Source of the DNA: Candidatus Subterrananammoxibius californiae
GTDB lineage: Bacteria; Planctomycetota; Brocadiia; Brocadiales; Subterrananammoxibiaceae
Length of the DNA: 25,924 nucleotides
Direction: 5' to 3'
Assembly (NCBI GenBank): GCA_030586555.1
Contig: JAURAC010000013.1
Span: 50,771 to 76,694, forward strand
Numbering within the stretch: position 1 is the stretch's first letter; each line of letters opens with the position of its first letter. Below are positions 25,118-25,924 of the stretch, piece after piece. A program made the translations under genes and the position numbers. The notes beneath the pieces are model-generated. The model saw nothing but the letters and a program-made list of their open reading frames with translations. It was not told the DNA's origin and made no database searches.

Positions 25118-25924
25118 GCGCAACACCTCTTATATCGCTAACGCTGCTGTAGCCGTTACCTGCCATCCATTTAGCCATTTCTTCGCACACAATCTTGAAA
25201 ACGTTTATACCTCTATAGTAAACAGCCGTTCCAATGCCAACTGCCGTAGCGCCAGCCATAATCATCTCGAGTGCATGTTGCCCTGTAGAGATGCCGCCAA
25301 CTCCGATTATAGGAATTTTCACCGTTTCATAAATATCATAAACGCACCTCACGGCAACTGGTCTGAGTGCAGGACCAGAAATACCGCCTACCTTAAAATC
25401 CAGCACAGGTCTCTTTGCCTCAATATTTATAATCATGCCTGGTCCCATGGTATTAACGGCTGTAATAGCATTAGCCCCTGCATCCTCCGCAGCCTTTGCT
25501 ATGCGTCCAATCTCAAGCACATTGGGAGATAACTTTGCAAAGATTGGCAGCACAGTTACCTTTCTCACAGCAGAAACAATCTTAAACGTTGCCTCGGGCG
25601 TACCATGACCTGCCAGCAGCCCAAACCCCGGTGTGTGTGGACACGATAAAGGAATTTCAATTGCTGCAAAATCATTACCCAACAGCCTTTCAGCCACTCT
25701 TGCGAAATCCTTAGCCTCAGTCCCTACAACACTGGCAATTACAGGTACTCCCACATCGTAGAGATTGGCAAATTCCTTAGCTGCATCCTCAACGCCGGGG
25801 TTTGAATAACCCACTGCATTCATCATGCCTCCCTCAAAGGTAATTACCGTAGGGTTTTTGTGCCCCTCTCTCGCTTCCATGCTTACAGACTTAATAGTTA
25901 CTGCGCCAGCGCCATTCTCCGCTG
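25110..25924 (-). CDS. pyrD: Dihydroorotate dehydrogenase family 1B catalytic subunit, 5' end outside the window
   Basis: Frame stays open to the window edge (AENGAGAVTIKS); MMNAVGYSNPG, SCPH, AKLSPN, GGISGPALRPVAVR, IIGVGGI; adjacent to pyrK. Confidence 0.95.
   Translation of the reverse strand, partial: AENGAGAVTIKSVSMEAREGHKNPTVITFEGGMMNAVGYSNPGVEDAAKEFANLYDVGVPVIASVVGTEAKDFARVAERLLGNDFAAIEIPLSCPHTPGFGLLAGHGTPEATFKIVSAVRKVTVLPIFAKLSPNVLEIGRIAKAAEDAGANAITAVNTMGPGMIINIEAKRPVLDFKVGGISGPALRPVAVRCVYDIYETVKIPIIGVGGISTGQHALEMIMAGATAVGIGTAVYYRGINVFKIVCEEMAKWMAGNGYSSVSDIRGVAHD

Noticed and set aside
301..25532. Numerous short antisense or alternate-frame ORFs in the track (e.g. 301..483, 1553..1933, 14810..15268, 18023..18493, 23377..23859, 24999..25532)
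   Set aside because: They overlap well-supported genes and show no recognisable motifs, so they are treated as shadow ORFs.
1..25924. CRISPR array, tRNA or rRNA
   Set aside because: The repeats are isolated palindromes or heptamer runs without regular repeat-spacer periodicity, and I saw no cloverleaf or rRNA-like sequence.

Overview
The window has three parts. (1) Housekeeping genes on the - strand: mdh (partial) and icd at the left, rpiB and tsaC/sua5 in the middle, pyrK and pyrD (partial) at the right. (2) A + strand block at 2133-11572: three homologous geranylgeranyl-reductase-like flavoprotein domains in two genes, two paralogous histidine kinase/stand-alone receiver pairs, and an unlisted 39-aa membrane peptide. 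A candidate sigma54-driven small RNA lies on the opposite strand just downstream. (3) A visibly more GC-rich, self-contained ~10.5 kb locus at about 13.4-24.0 kb, which is the main find. A near-consensus sigma54 promoter with paired palindromic enhancer candidates precedes an operon that encodes an acidic-leader/amphipathic-helix protein, a HExxH...ExxAD metallopeptidase-like protein, a 546-aa protein of no family I recognise, a BioF-like PLP enzyme with altered active-site motifs, two signal-peptide-less peptidoglycan-directed proteins with acidic PF-E/D leaders (one split by an in-frame TGA), and an amidohydrolase. A convergent sigma54 activator closes the locus. Remnants between the two peptidoglycan-directed genes (a truncated amidohydrolase 5' end and a second WIRRGRxxILLGV* tail) point to a variable cassette slot. 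I read the locus as a possibly uncharacterised leader-dependent protein processing/packaging/export system; that function is inference. Short palindromic repeats are abundant and several sit in frame inside genes. Repeat style and gene content suggest an anammox-like planctomycete (Brocadiales), also inference. I saw no rRNA, tRNA, CRISPR array, integrase or transposase.
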